From contig OZ242180.1 in assembly GCA_965205485.1 (NCBI GenBank), positions 4,352,001-4,416,000 on the forward strand: 64,000 nucleotides of DNA, given 5' to 3'. Below the pieces are notes generated by a model. It was not told the DNA's origin. It saw only the letters and a program-made list of their open reading frames with translations, and did not search any database. Position 1 is the stretch's first letter, and every line of letters starts with the position of its first letter. The position numbers and the translations under genes are program-made. The stretch comes from Candidatus Latescibacterota bacterium. GTDB taxonomy: Bacteria; Latescibacterota; UBA2968; GCA-2709665. Positions 1-10,268 of the stretch are shown one piece after another.

Positions 1-2260
1 TGGCGCCCGTTAACCGGGTGTAGGAAAGAAGCAGCCTTTGAAGGTTGGTGAGACTACCCAGCGTCGAGGGGATGCCGCCGGTCAACAGGTTACTGTAAAG
101 ATTCAACTCTCGCAGGATCGTGAGATTTCCCAGTTCCGCCGGTATATTGCCCGTCAGATGGTTGCGGCTGAGGTCAAGTTGGACCAGTTTAGACAGGTTG
201 CCCAGTCCCGCAGGGAGGGACCCTCTCAGATTATTCTCGGAAACGCGCAGGCTCGTCACACGCCCGCTGTCGTCCGTACTGACACCGTACCAATCGTCCA
301 ACGGCCTGTCACTGAGCCAGTTGTGCTTGTTCGACCAGCCGGGACCGCCGGCGGCATTGTACAGCGCCAGCAGCGCGGACCAATCCGCCGTGTCCCCTTG
401 TAAAGGAGGGAGAACCGCGAAGCCATGTCCCCAGGTGTTGTTGGGATCAGGGCTCGGCACCCGCTGCACCGCGTTGTCCTTCAGGTAGGCAGCGACCTGT
501 ACCGGAGTATAGTTTGGAAACCGCTGGCGCACGAGCGCGGCCATCCCGGCCACGTGCGGCGACGCCTGACTGGTACCGCAAAACACCCGCACTAGAGCCG
601 TTTTCCCGCAAGCCGCTCCGACAAGGTCAGGCTTGACCCGGCCGTCGGGCGTAGGGCCTCGACTGCTATAATACTCGATCGTATTGGGTGTCTGCCAGTG
701 GGCCGCGCCCACCGTCAACATGCCGGGATTGGTGCTTTCTGCGGGATTGGTTATGCTGCCGTTTTCAGTGTATTGGTCAAGGCGGCCCTTCCATAGCACA
801 AGCTGAATCCATTGGGGTAAATCGTCGTCTCGGGCCACGACTTTCACTTTGTATTCCTCGTATCCCTCGTCATCACCAATCGGAACCCATTCATGAGGGC
901 GGTCACCAAGCCTTCCTTCTTGGTGATTAGTGCTCTTCGCAACTATTTTTCCGTTGAGGTAGAGATACAAATCCAGGTCGCGAGTTGCTCCGCCCCACTT
1001 GTCTGCCCACCTAAGCTGAAGGTTTGTCCCCCACGAGCCAGTAATCTCTTCCTTCCCATCCGCGAACTCCAAGAACCCGTCGCCATCGGTATCGGAGGGA
1101 CCAGGTTTAAACCAAGTGATCCGGGCATCGTTTCCCGCCGAGTTGACCCAGACGATTCCGTTTTCCACCGCCCGGTCCACAGTGTTAAGCGAACTCCAAC
1201 TATAGGGGGATGTACCATCGCCGGGGCCGTTGAAAAACCATCCTACGGAGTGGTTGATAACCGAGACACCCTCGGAGATCATCCAATCGACAGCATTTCT
1301 CATATCTCCTTGCGACTTTGGGACCGCTATGTACAGTGACACATCCGGGGCAATGTCCATGACCGTCTCGGCGACGATCGTGCCGTGATTTTGCCCATTT
1401 TCACAGTCTCCCGGATTATCGGTGGGTTCATCTGACGAAGTTCGGTAACATCTGGCTCTTATCGTTTGCGGCAACTCGGATCCCATATGCGAGCGGATGT
1501 CTTCGAAGCCCACATCGATTACCCCTACCTTGATGCCTTGTCCGCGGAAACCTGTCTGGTTCCAAGCTGGTGAACCGTGTACCTCGGGGCCATTGCCGGG
1601 AACCGTCGAGGACGCCTGGGGCGATTCCGGCGGTTGAATGACGTGCACCCAGAGGACGCCAGCCTGTTCCGAGGTCTCCGCGAGTAACATGACCGGCACG
1701 AACGCTTCAATGTAGTCTTTGCCTACGTTTCTGGGAGAGACGTCGTTGGCCTTCAAAAAGCTCACCAATGCGTCCACGTTGTTGGACAGGTAAATCGTGA
1801 CCGCCACCGACTTCCCTCGATAAAGTGGCGCCTGTTGAGCGGCATCCTCCTCGGAAATTGTCCCGGCCTCGACCCTGGCGATCAACTCGTCGAGAGCAGA
1901 CCCCAACTTGGGGTGTTTCAATTCGGTCTTTTCCGGAACCGTGCCATCACCCACGGGCGGAGGCTCGCAAGCCGTCCCGAACACCTCCGCAAACGCCAGG
2001 AAATCTGTCAGATCGATCGCGCCGCTACCGTCCATGTCGATGCGTGTATCGTAATTGGCATCTCCGGAACGCGTGCCGAATCCGCCGGCGAAGGCCAGGA
2101 AATCGGCAAGGTTTACCTTTCCGTCCCCATTGAAGTCGCCGGGGCACGACACACCCTGCGCGGAAACGGATTGCGGCACCATAACGCCGATTTTTCCGAG
2201 CCACGTTGCAGCGACCAACGCGATTGCCAGAAATAAGCATATAGCCAGACTCTTCCACAT
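1..2260 (-). CDS. Secreted S8 (subtilisin-family) serine peptidase with N-terminal dockerin-like EF-hand pair and C-terminal leucine-rich repeats; 3' end runs off the window
   Basis: Manual translation from ATG 2260 (GGAGG RBS): signal peptide MWKSLAICLFLAIALVAA; DFNGDGKVNLADFLAF...DMDGSGAIDLTDFLAF; catalytic motifs IKVGVIDVG (~1540-1510), NHGTIVA (~1390) and CGTSQASPHVAG (~580), with the D and S motifs checked in frame with the start; then LRRs (LGNLSKLVQLDLSRNHLTGNIPAELGNL). No stop in the window, so it is missing from the ORF track. Confidence 0.9.
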   Translation of the reverse strand, partial: MWKSLAICLFLAIALVAATWLGKIGVMVPQSVSAQGVSCPGDFNGDGKVNLADFLAFAGGFGTRSGDANYDTRIDMDGSGAIDLTDFLAFAEVFGTACEPPPVGDGTVPEKTELKHPKLGSALDELIARVEAGTISEEDAAQQAPLYRGKSVAVTIYLSNNVDALVSFLKANDVSPRNVGKDYIEAFVPVMLLAETSEQAGVLWVHVIQPPESPQASSTVPGNGPEVHGSPAWNQTGFRGQGIKVGVIDVGFEDIRSHMGSELPQTIRARCYRTSSDEPTDNPGDCENGQNHGTIVAETVMDIAPDVSLYIAVPKSQGDMRNAVDWMISEGVSVINHSVGWFFNGPGDGTSPYSWSSLNTVDRAVENGIVWVNSAGNDARITWFKPGPSDTDGDGFLEFADGKEEITGSWGTNLQLRWADKWGGATRDLDLYLYLNGKIVAKSTNHQEGRLGDRPHEWVPIGDDEGYEEYKVKVVARDDDLPQWIQLVLWKGRLDQYTENGSITNPAESTNPGMLTVGAAHWQTPNTIEYYSSRGPTPDGRVKPDLVGAACGKTALVRVFCGTSQASPHVAGMAALVRQRFPNYTPVQVAAYLKDNAVQRVPSPDPNNTWGHGFAVLPPLQGDTADWSALLALYNAAGGPGWSNKHNWLSDRPLDDWYGVSTDDSGRVTSLRVSENNLRGSLPAGLGNLSKLVQLDLSRNHLTGNIPAELGNLTILRELNLYSNLLTGGIPSTLGSLTNLQRLLLSYTRLTGA

Positions 2261-2966
2261 AGCTGCCTCCTATAAATCGTCAGCCAGGCGATGGCACAAA
2301 GGGGCGCGGCAGGCCTTACGACCGCCCGGATTCAACACGTGTGTATTTCGAACTGATTTCAAAGTGGGAAGCGATTCCCGAACAGCGTTGCCGCGGGCGG
2401 ACGTTCGTTGGCAGGAACACACCGGGGGCCGCAAATGGCGTGATCCGAACAGGCGTAGACCAGCGCGCACGCCAGCGCAGATCGCCTCAGTGCGTTTCAA
2501 TGGACGATGTGAAGAAGGAGAATAGAGAGGAAGGCGGTTTGTCGACGGGGAAATAACAACTGAGCAAGCCGGTAATTCAGGTCGGCCTGACGGGGATGCC
2601 AGACTGAAGGCTGTCTTTGATGGTAGTGTCCTGATCAGCAAGAGTAGCCCGTTTCTGATCAGGTCGGTGATATAGCGGAACGACATTCTGTCTCGAATCT
2701 TCGGACGATACTGCTCGAGGATGATTCAGCGTCTCTATGGTCAGCGAATGTGTTGCAAATTGCGTCAGTGCGCAGGGCATAATATAACACATAATTTTTG
2801 AAGTATTTCTGATATTCAGGCGTTTATTGATGATTTATTGGTGAATTCTTGTGTTAATTTGCACGATGAGACATGACTTCGCAGCAGCAGTTCGAGTGAC
2901 CGTTCGTTTTCCACAAATTCGCGACGGGTGACATCCGGAAACCAACAGCCCAGCAAAGCGATGCAT

Positions 2967-3654
2967 TTGTGCTGCCTCTTGGATATCGCCAGGTGCAAGT
3001 TGCGCGGGGATGATCCCTATGCTGCAGTAGATCCTTCGTCGGCCTGCTCTGTACGGCAGTCTGCTCTCACGCGTAACGGACGTGTTTGGCCGACGTCGTA
3101 CGCAGGCCACTTCGACCCTTCGACAGCCCTTCGACAGGCTCAGGGTGGCAGCTCAGGGACCGCAAGCTCAGGGCAGGCAGCACAAGCAGGGCGAGTCCTC
3201 TGGATGACAGTGGGGTTTCAGTGGAATCCGACAGCAAGACCACGATGCGGGCAGACAGGAATGTCCGCCCCACCCTCAAGTCTGTTACCCGGAAATGTCA
3301 GTCGCGAAATCGAGTGCGATCGACGAGGGGTGTGCTAGAACGTGGGGTTGTGCTGCCTCCCAGGGATGGACAGATCAAAGTTGCGCAGGGATGATCCCAT
3401 GCCGCAGTAGATCCTTCGTCGGCCTGGGCGGCCTCCTCAGGATGACAGTATCGGCGACGATGAGATATCGATGCAGGCGGACACGCAGTGCAAGTCCTCT
3501 GGATGACAGTGCGGGTTCAGTGGAATCCGACAGGAAAACCATGATGCGGGCAGACAGGAATGTCCGCCCCACCCTCACGTTCGTCTCCTGGAAGTGTCAG
3601 TTGTGAAATCGAGTGAAAGCGAGGAAGGATGTGCTAGGAGAAGGGGTTGTGCTG
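2967..3654. repeat. Two diverged tandem intergenic units (~380 and ~300 bp) built from REP-like palindromes
   Basis: TTGTGCTG recurs at 2967, 3348 and 3647. Both units share AAGTTGCGC..GATGATCCC..GCAGTAGATCCTTCGTCGGCCTG, AGTCCTCTGGATGACAGT and GCGGGCAGACAGGAATGTCCGCCCCACCCTC. Confidence 0.85.
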
Positions 3655-3694
3655 GCGGGAGTGGAAACCTGACGCAAACACGTACGCCGTGCGT

Positions 3695-5625
3695 CTACCG
3701 ATCGAAGAAATACTGCTCCGTATGGGTGTAGCCGGGGGTGAGCAGCGGGTTGTCGCCCAGACCGGTTTCGGGTACGTTGCGGAAGTCATTCTTGACCACG
3801 AACACCTGGTCGAACCCGCCGCACACGCCGATCCGCCAGAGGTTCTCCGAGTGCATGCGCACGGCCTGCTTCACGAGCGCCACCTGCTCGTTTTCGTCCA
3901 TCGTGGTCATCGCCTGCTCGTAGATCTCCACGATGCGGGCGATTTCCCCGGTCGGTCTCTCCCCCGCCCTGCCCCCGCTGCTGTACCAGAGTCCGTGGAG
4001 CGGCGCCCAGTACGCCGTTGACGCAGACGGGAAGAACCACACGGGATCCATCAGCGGCCGAAACCCGCCCGATGCCGCGTACACGGAGACGTGGTGTTCG
4101 CCGGCCGTCGCGCGCGTCACCCACAGCGCCACGTCTTCGGGCTTGACCGTGGACTGGATACCCAGCGCGGTCCACTGCGAGGCCAGCAGTTCCGCCACGT
4201 CCACGTAGGCGGTGCCCGGTGTGAATCCGGCAATGGTGAACTTCAGCCGCTTGCCGTCGGGGCGCAGCCGAAAACCCGCGCCGTCACGCCTGTGCAGCCC
4301 GACCTCATCCAGAAGACGATTCGCCTGCACCGGATCATACATGATGTACAGCGTATCGGTACTCGGTACGCCGTGCAGTTCGTCCGTATACGGGACGACC
4401 TGCCTGGGTTCGGTTACCCCCATATAGAACAGATCGATGATCTGCTTCCGGTCGATCCCGAGCGACAGCGCCCGTCTGAATCGGCGATTCCTCAGCAGAG
4501 CGCCCATTACGGAGTCCTGGTGGGTGTAGTTCTGATTCAGATACACGGTGCCCTGACCCGTCGTGGCCGGCTTCCAGCGCAGGACCCGGTAGCCGCCGCT
4601 CTCCCGGTGCTCCATCAGCAACGGATAGTTCATGAACTCGACCCGCCGGCTTTGCATATCGATCTCTCCGGCGATGGCCTTGAGCGTCACCGTCTCGGCG
4701 CTCTGCACGAGCGTCATCTCCACCCTGTCGATATACGGAAGCTGGTTGCCCGCCGGGTCCACCTTCCAGTAATACGGGTTGCGCTCCGCGATGAAGATGG
4801 CCGCATCCGCTCCGGTCCTCGCCTGCCAGGCACACAGGACGGGCCGTTCCGGATTCAGAAACGCAATGCTCTTGGTATCGTACAGCGCCATCCAGGTGTC
4901 GTACCCTTCCTCGACAACGACCGCATCCAATTTTTCCTTTGAAACGTAGCTGGGGTGGAACTGCTTGAGATAGTGCTTCGGCGGCGGCCCCGCGACGATG
5001 TCCGTCCAGGAGGCCAGCCACTGCAGGATCACGCCGTTCGGCTTCACGAAACGAAACCGGATGGTATGGTCGTCCACGCGCTCGACCACGCCCAGTTCAC
5101 CCGCGATCGTGAGCCAGCTCGGCTTGACGGGATTCAGGTCGTCGTTCAGGATCACGTCTTCGTACCAGAACATGTAGTCGTCGGCCGTGAACGGCGCCCC
5201 GTCGGACCACCGAATCCCCTTCCGCAGATGGAAGGTGAATTCCCGGCCGTCTTCCGAAACCTCCCAGGCGTGGGCGAGATTGGGCTCTACCTTTGCGTAG
5301 TCCTTGGACCAGCGCAGAAGCGGATCGTAGGTCAGCCGCATCCACCCGGCCCGGTCCGGCATGCCCATATGCACCCGACGCCACGTCCCGCCGTACCGGC
5401 CGACGCGCTCCACCGGCTGCACCACCGCCGGCGCCTCCGGCAACCGCTCCCGCAACGGCGGAAGCTGGCCCTGCCGGACGCGCTCAATGAGCATCGGCGC
5501 TTCGTTCAGCGCCCATCGGAAGCCCGCGCTTCAGCAGCGACAGGCGAACACAACCAGGCCAACAGAATGACCGGACTCGCCAGGACGCCCGCGGTGCGGC
5601 AGGCTATCTTATGGAAGACTTTCAT
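3695..5625 (-). pseudogene. ABC transporter family-5 solute-binding protein, split by a 1-bp frameshift just after the signal peptide (real pseudogene or sequencing error)
   Basis: ATG 5625 overlaps the upstream stop (ATGA) and encodes a signal peptide [31 protein letters not shown] that stops at 5506. The mature domain (NEAPMLIERVRQGQLPPLRERLP...YGGTW..., ORF 3695-5494) is 131 nt away, one base short of in-frame. Confidence 0.85.
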
Positions 5626-6650
5626 GCTTCGATGCCGACCAGGTTTAACGTATCGCTGAAATGACAGCGGACGAAATGCGGGTCTGAACCCGCCGGCGCG
5701 ACGTTGACGAGCTCGGGTGACTCCTCCCGGCACACGTCCTCCACGTACGGGCAGCGCGGATGGAAATAGCATCCCGATGGAGGATTGGCCGGATCGGCCA
5801 CTTCGCCCTGCAGCAGAATCTTCCGCTTCTTGTATGCCGGATCGGGTTTGGGGACGGCCGAAAGCAGCGCTTCGGTATAAGGATGTTTCGGCGTTGCAAA
5901 CAACGTCTCCTCGTCCGCCAGTTCCACGATCTGTCCGACGTACATTATAGCGATCCGGTCGCTGATGTGCTCCACCACCGCCAGATCGTGCGAAATGAAC
6001 AGATACGTGAGCCCCATCCGCTCCTGCAGTTCCTGAAGCAGATTCAACACTTGCGCCTGAACCGAAACGTCCAGCGCCGAAACGGGTTCATCGCCGATGA
6101 TCAGCCTGGGGTTCAGCGCCAGGGCCCTGGCGACGCCGATCCGCTGACGCTGGCCGCCGCTGAACGCGTGGGGATAGCGGCGCATGAACTGCGGGTCCAG
6201 CCCGACGACCCTGAGCAGTTCCGCCACGCGGTCCTCCAGCTCCACGCCGCGCGCGATCCGGTTCACCACCAGTGGCTCCGCCACGATGTCGAAGACGGTC
6301 ATGCGGGGATTGAGCGAAGAATACGGATCCTGAAAAACCATCTGCATATGTCTGCGGAACGTCCTCAACTCCCTCCGCGACAGCCGGCAGACGTCGACCA
6401 TCGTTCCCCCATCCTCAAAAAGCACCTCGCCTTCCGTGGGTTCGATCGCCCGCAGAATACTCCTGCCAACCGTTGTCTTGCCGCACCCGCTCTCGCCGAT
6501 CAGGCCGAGCGTCTCCTGTTTCTTCACCGCAAAACTGACGCCGTCCACGGCCTTCACCTGCCCCACCACGCGTTTGAGAAACCCTTCAGTAATGGGGAAG
6601 TACTTCCGCAGGTTCTTCACGTCCAGGAGTATGGAATTGCTGTCGGACAT
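5622..6650 (-). CDS. Oligopeptide/dipeptide-type ABC transporter ATP-binding protein (OppF/DppF-like)
   Basis: Walker [10 protein letters not shown], signature [17 protein letters not shown]-terminal GCYFHPRC domain. Confidence 0.95.
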   Translation of the reverse strand: MSDSNSILLDVKNLRKYFPITEGFLKRVVGQVKAVDGVSFAVKKQETLGLIGESGCGKTTVGRSILRAIEPTEGEVLFEDGGTMVDVCRLSRRELRTFRRHMQMVFQDPYSSLNPRMTVFDIVAEPLVVNRIARGVELEDRVAELLRVVGLDPQFMRRYPHAFSGGQRQRIGVARALALNPRLIIGDEPVSALDVSVQAQVLNLLQELQERMGLTYLFISHDLAVVEHISDRIAIMYVGQIVELADEETLFATPKHPYTEALLSAVPKPDPAYKKRKILLQGEVADPANPPSGCYFHPRCPYVEDVCREESPELVNVAPAGSDPHFVRCHFSDTLNLVGIEA

Positions 6651-6665
6651 TGTGACTCTCAATGA

Positions 6666-7667
6666 CTATCCCGGGTCAGAATACAGGAAACAACTCACAC
6701 CGTGTTCGGAACCGATTTTCGTCAGCTCCGGCTCGTACCGGTCGCACACGCCTTCTATCCGGTCCGGACACCGCGGATGAAACATGCAGCCTTTGGGCAG
6801 CTCGTACGGATTCGGCACCGATCCTTCGATTGAAAGCAGTCCTTCCTTCGCCTTGCGTCCCAACCTTGGAATGGATTTCAGCAGGGCGCGGGTATACGGA
6901 TGTTTCGGATCGTTGAATATGGTCTCGCAACGCGCAAACTCGACGACTTTGCCCAGGTACATCACCATCGCGTGGTCCGCCAGTTCCGCCACGACTCCAA
7001 GGTTGTGCGTAATCATCATGATGGAGGTATGGATCTCCTCCTGCAACGCCTTCAGCAGGTCCAGGATCTGCGCCTGCGTGGTCACGTCCAGCGCCGTTGT
7101 CGGCTCGTCGGCGATCAGCAGGCGGGGCCGGCAGGACAGACTCATCGCGATCATCGCGCGCTGCCGCATGCCCCCGCTCAACTGGTGGGGGTAGGCGTCC
7201 ACCCTCCGTTCCGGTTCGGGAATACCGCATTTGTGCAGCATATCGACGGCGATCTCGCGCGCTTCCTTCCGGTCCGCGCTCCGATGCAGCCGGATGGCCT
7301 CCTCGATCTGATTCCCGATGGTATGGACCGGACTCAGGCAGGTCATGGGCTCCTGGAACATCATGGCGATTTCCCTGCCGCGGATATTCCGAATCGCCCT
7401 GCCGTTCGGCTTCAGCTTTGCCAGGTCGACGACCTTCCCGTTGGCCTGCAGCAGCACCTCCCCCGAGACGATACGGCCGTTTTTGGGCAGAATCTGGAGA
7501 ATGGACTGGGCCGTCACGCTCTTGCCGCAGCCGCTTTCCCCCACCACGCCCAGCGTTTCACCCTTCATAATCCGGAAATCCACCCCATCCACGGCCCGTA
7601 CTGTGCCCTCGTCGGAGAAGAAATGCGCGCGCAGACCGCGGACCTGGAGCAACACCGATGGATCCAT
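6666..7667 (-). CDS. Oligopeptide/dipeptide-type ABC transporter ATP-binding protein (OppD/DppD-like)
   Basis: GESGCGKS, LSGGMRQ, ADEPTTALD, GCMFHPRC. Confidence 0.95.
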   Translation of the reverse strand: MDPSVLLQVRGLRAHFFSDEGTVRAVDGVDFRIMKGETLGVVGESGCGKSVTAQSILQILPKNGRIVSGEVLLQANGKVVDLAKLKPNGRAIRNIRGREIAMMFQEPMTCLSPVHTIGNQIEEAIRLHRSADRKEAREIAVDMLHKCGIPEPERRVDAYPHQLSGGMRQRAMIAMSLSCRPRLLIADEPTTALDVTTQAQILDLLKALQEEIHTSIMMITHNLGVVAELADHAMVMYLGKVVEFARCETIFNDPKHPYTRALLKSIPRLGRKAKEGLLSIEGSVPNPYELPKGCMFHPRCPDRIEGVCDRYEPELTKIGSEHGVSCFLYSDPG

Positions 7668-7676
7668 AGTTCCCTT

Positions 7677-8939
7677 CTACCTGGAATACGGATCGGCCGC
7701 GTCTCTCAGCCCATCCCCAAGGAAGTTGAAGGCCAGCACAGCGACGATCACGAACCCGCCCGGCAGCAGCAGCCAGGGAAAATGCGCCACCGCCCGGATG
7801 TTCATCGCATCCTGCAAGAGCACGCCCCAGCTGATCGCGGGCGAACGCAACCCCAGCCCGATGAAGCTCAGCGCCGTCTCGCCCAGAATCATCTGCGGCA
7901 CTGCCAGCGTGAGCGCGGCGATGATATAACTCAGGAAGGAAGGAACCATGTGCTTGGCGATAATCCGGCTCTCCCGGGCGCCGCCCAGGCGCGCCGCCAT
8001 CACGAAGTCCTCTTCCCGCAATGCCAGAAAACGGCCGCGAACGACGCGGGCAAGGCCTGTCCAGCCTACGAAAGCCAGAATGATCGTAATGCCGAAATAG
8101 ACGCGGATGATCGGCCAGTCCGGAGGCAGCGCCGCGCTGAGCGTCATCCAGAGCGGCAGGCCCGGAATGCCCATGATGAACTCGATCAGCCGCTGGATCA
8201 CGTCGTCGATTCTCCCGCCGAAATAGCCGGAGATACCACCCATGATCAACCCCAGCACGAAGCTGATGGCAATGCCGATCAGACCGATGGACAGCGATAT
8301 CCGCGCCCCGTAGGCGATTCGCGAAAGCAGGTCCCTGCCCATCCGGTCCGCCCCCAGCAGGAACAGGCGTTCCCCGTTGTCGAGACCGATCAGGTGGCGC
8401 TGCATTGGGATCCAGCCCCACAGTGAATAGGGATCGCCCGCGACGAATAACCGAATCGGGAAGCGTTGGGAGTGGTCTTCGTGATAGGAGAGGCGGAGCG
8501 TGACGGGGTCGCGCTGCTGGATGTGCCGGTATACGAAGGGCCTGAAATGAAACGCCCCCTCTGCGTCGAAGAATCGGACCTTTTGAGGAGGCGCATGGAT
8601 ATATTTCGTATTCAGGCGGTGCGGATCGTGCGGCGCAACGAACTCGCAGAATCCGGCCACGAGATAGAAGAGAATGAGGACCGCGCCGGCGATCTTCGCA
8701 AGCTGGTGCTTCCGGAACTTCCACCACATCAGCCGCCACTGGGAAGCCACGAGTACCCGCGCCCCGGTTTCCTCACCGGATGGCTGGCCCTTCCGGTGAC
8801 GACGAAAGCCCGGGAATCCGTTCTCCCGGAGCTTACCGAATACACCCCTCAGCGACTTTGGCGGAAGCGGATTTTCCGAGCGTGTCTTGTCTTGCGGTTC
8901 CGTAGCGATCTTGTAGGACTCCTGTCCATTATAACGCAT
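7677..8939 (-). CDS. ABC transporter permease (OppC/DppC-like)
   Basis: LLGADRMGRDLLSRI, EAA-loop FVMAARLGGA, LGDGLRDAADP, several TM helices. Confidence 0.95.
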   Translation of the reverse strand: MRYNGQESYKIATEPQDKTRSENPLPPKSLRGVFGKLRENGFPGFRRHRKGQPSGEETGARVLVASQWRLMWWKFRKHQLAKIAGAVLILFYLVAGFCEFVAPHDPHRLNTKYIHAPPQKVRFFDAEGAFHFRPFVYRHIQQRDPVTLRLSYHEDHSQRFPIRLFVAGDPYSLWGWIPMQRHLIGLDNGERLFLLGADRMGRDLLSRIAYGARISLSIGLIGIAISFVLGLIMGGISGYFGGRIDDVIQRLIEFIMGIPGLPLWMTLSAALPPDWPIIRVYFGITIILAFVGWTGLARVVRGRFLALREEDFVMAARLGGARESRIIAKHMVPSFLSYIIAALTLAVPQMILGETALSFIGLGLRSPAISWGVLLQDAMNIRAVAHFPWLLLPGGFVIVAVLAFNFLGDGLRDAADPYSR

Positions 8940-8949
8940 TGCCGGCTGT

Positions 8950-9936
8950 TTATGAGTAGCGAATTCTCGGATCCACCCAGGCGAGCAGAATATCCGAAAT
9001 CAGCGTCCCGATCACGGTCAACGTGCTCAGGATCAGCATGAAGCTTCCGGCCAGGTACATATCCTGATTGGTGAGGGCGCCGAGCAGAAGCGGCCCGGTG
9101 GTGGGCAGATTCAATACAATGGACACCAGGATTTCTCCCGCGATCAGCCGGGGCAACAGCCAGCCCAGGGTGCTGAAGAAGGGGTTCAGGGCGATCCTGA
9201 CAGGGTATTTGAAGAGAAGCCTGATTTCCGACACCCCTTTCGCCCTGGCGGTGACGACATACGGTTTGTGCAGTTCATCCAGCATCTGGGCGCGGATCAC
9301 GCGGATCGTTCCGGCCGTCCCGGCGGTCCCCAGAATCACCATTGGAATCCACAGGTGCGCGAGCAGGTCCAACGCCTTGGCGAACGACCAGGACGCGTCG
9401 ATGAACTCCGGCGAGTGAAGCCCCACCAGCACGCTGCCGGTGGACACGAAGACGATCCAAAGCGCGATCAGGGCCAGCATGAACGGCGGCGTGGCCAGGC
9501 CCAGGAAGCCCAGGAACGTGAAGATGTAGTCGCCGATGGAATACTGCCGCACCGCGGAATAGATGCCGATGGGAATCGCGACCACCCAGATGAAGAGGAC
9601 CGAACTCGCGCTCACCATCACCGTGAGGCTGACCCGTTCCCACAACAGCTCGCTCACCGGCCTGCCCCAGAGCAGAGACATCCCGAAATCGCCCTGGGTG
9701 ACGATCCCCGTCATCCACGTCCAGTATTGCACGTAGACAGGACTGCCCAGCCCGTAGCGCGCGCGGAGCGCCTCGATGACCTCCTCGCTCACCGTCTCGC
9801 CCATCGACGTGAGCTGCGCCAGGTACGACGTGAGGAAGTCCCCCGGCGGCAGCTGGATAATCAGGAATGACACGATCGAAATGGCGAATAGCGTGGGAAT
9901 CATCATCAGAATTCGCCACGCGATGTATTTCAACAT
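8950..9936 (-). CDS. ABC transporter permease (OppB/DppB-like)
   Basis: Start MLKYIAWRILMMIPTL at 9936 behind GGAGAGG; PGD motif, YVVTARAKG, DILLAWVDPRIRY. Confidence 0.95.
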   Translation of the reverse strand: MLKYIAWRILMMIPTLFAISIVSFLIIQLPPGDFLTSYLAQLTSMGETVSEEVIEALRARYGLGSPVYVQYWTWMTGIVTQGDFGMSLLWGRPVSELLWERVSLTVMVSASSVLFIWVVAIPIGIYSAVRQYSIGDYIFTFLGFLGLATPPFMLALIALWIVFVSTGSVLVGLHSPEFIDASWSFAKALDLLAHLWIPMVILGTAGTAGTIRVIRAQMLDELHKPYVVTARAKGVSEIRLLFKYPVRIALNPFFSTLGWLLPRLIAGEILVSIVLNLPTTGPLLLGALTNQDMYLAGSFMLILSTLTVIGTLISDILLAWVDPRIRYS

Positions 9937-10268
9937 CAAACCCTCTCCGGCATAATCATCGTCCCGATTACCCGCGTTCGCGGGGGCCCGTGCAGATCCG
10001 CCCAAAAGTCTCAAATATAACGCCAACCGGTGGGGCTTACAAGATAATTCCATAACTCGACCGCTACGTCACGGGGACGCGTCTCCCGGCGCATCAGCGG
10101 CGCAATTTACCATTCAGCCTTGCTCGACGTGGGCTTTGTTCCTATCTTTCGCAGAAAGGATGTCGCCGGCCTGATAATGGGCCCGGCCGTCATTCTGAGC
10201 GCGCAGGCCTCCTCCGGATGACAGTACGGGCGAAGGTGTGACCCATTCATCTCGCGAACGATCCCTTA

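Noticed and set aside
38..2258. Many short ORFs on both strands in the ORF track
   Set aside because: They are shadows of the long minus-strand S8-LRR frame, which has an RBS, signal peptide and catalytic motifs.
2261..2460. Riboswitch (c-di-GMP or cobalamin) in the long leaders of the S8 gene or the adhesin
   Set aside because: I could not match the conserved cores by eye; an Rfam/Infernal scan would be needed.
3067..3606. Paired ORFs MRVGRTFLSARI.. (3067-3279, 3375-3578) as a small protein family
   Set aside because: They arise from the duplicated palindromic repeats; no RBS or protein-like features.
2967..3654. Possible CRISPR array
   Set aside because: Only two long units, no constant repeat with regular unique spacers, and no cas genes.
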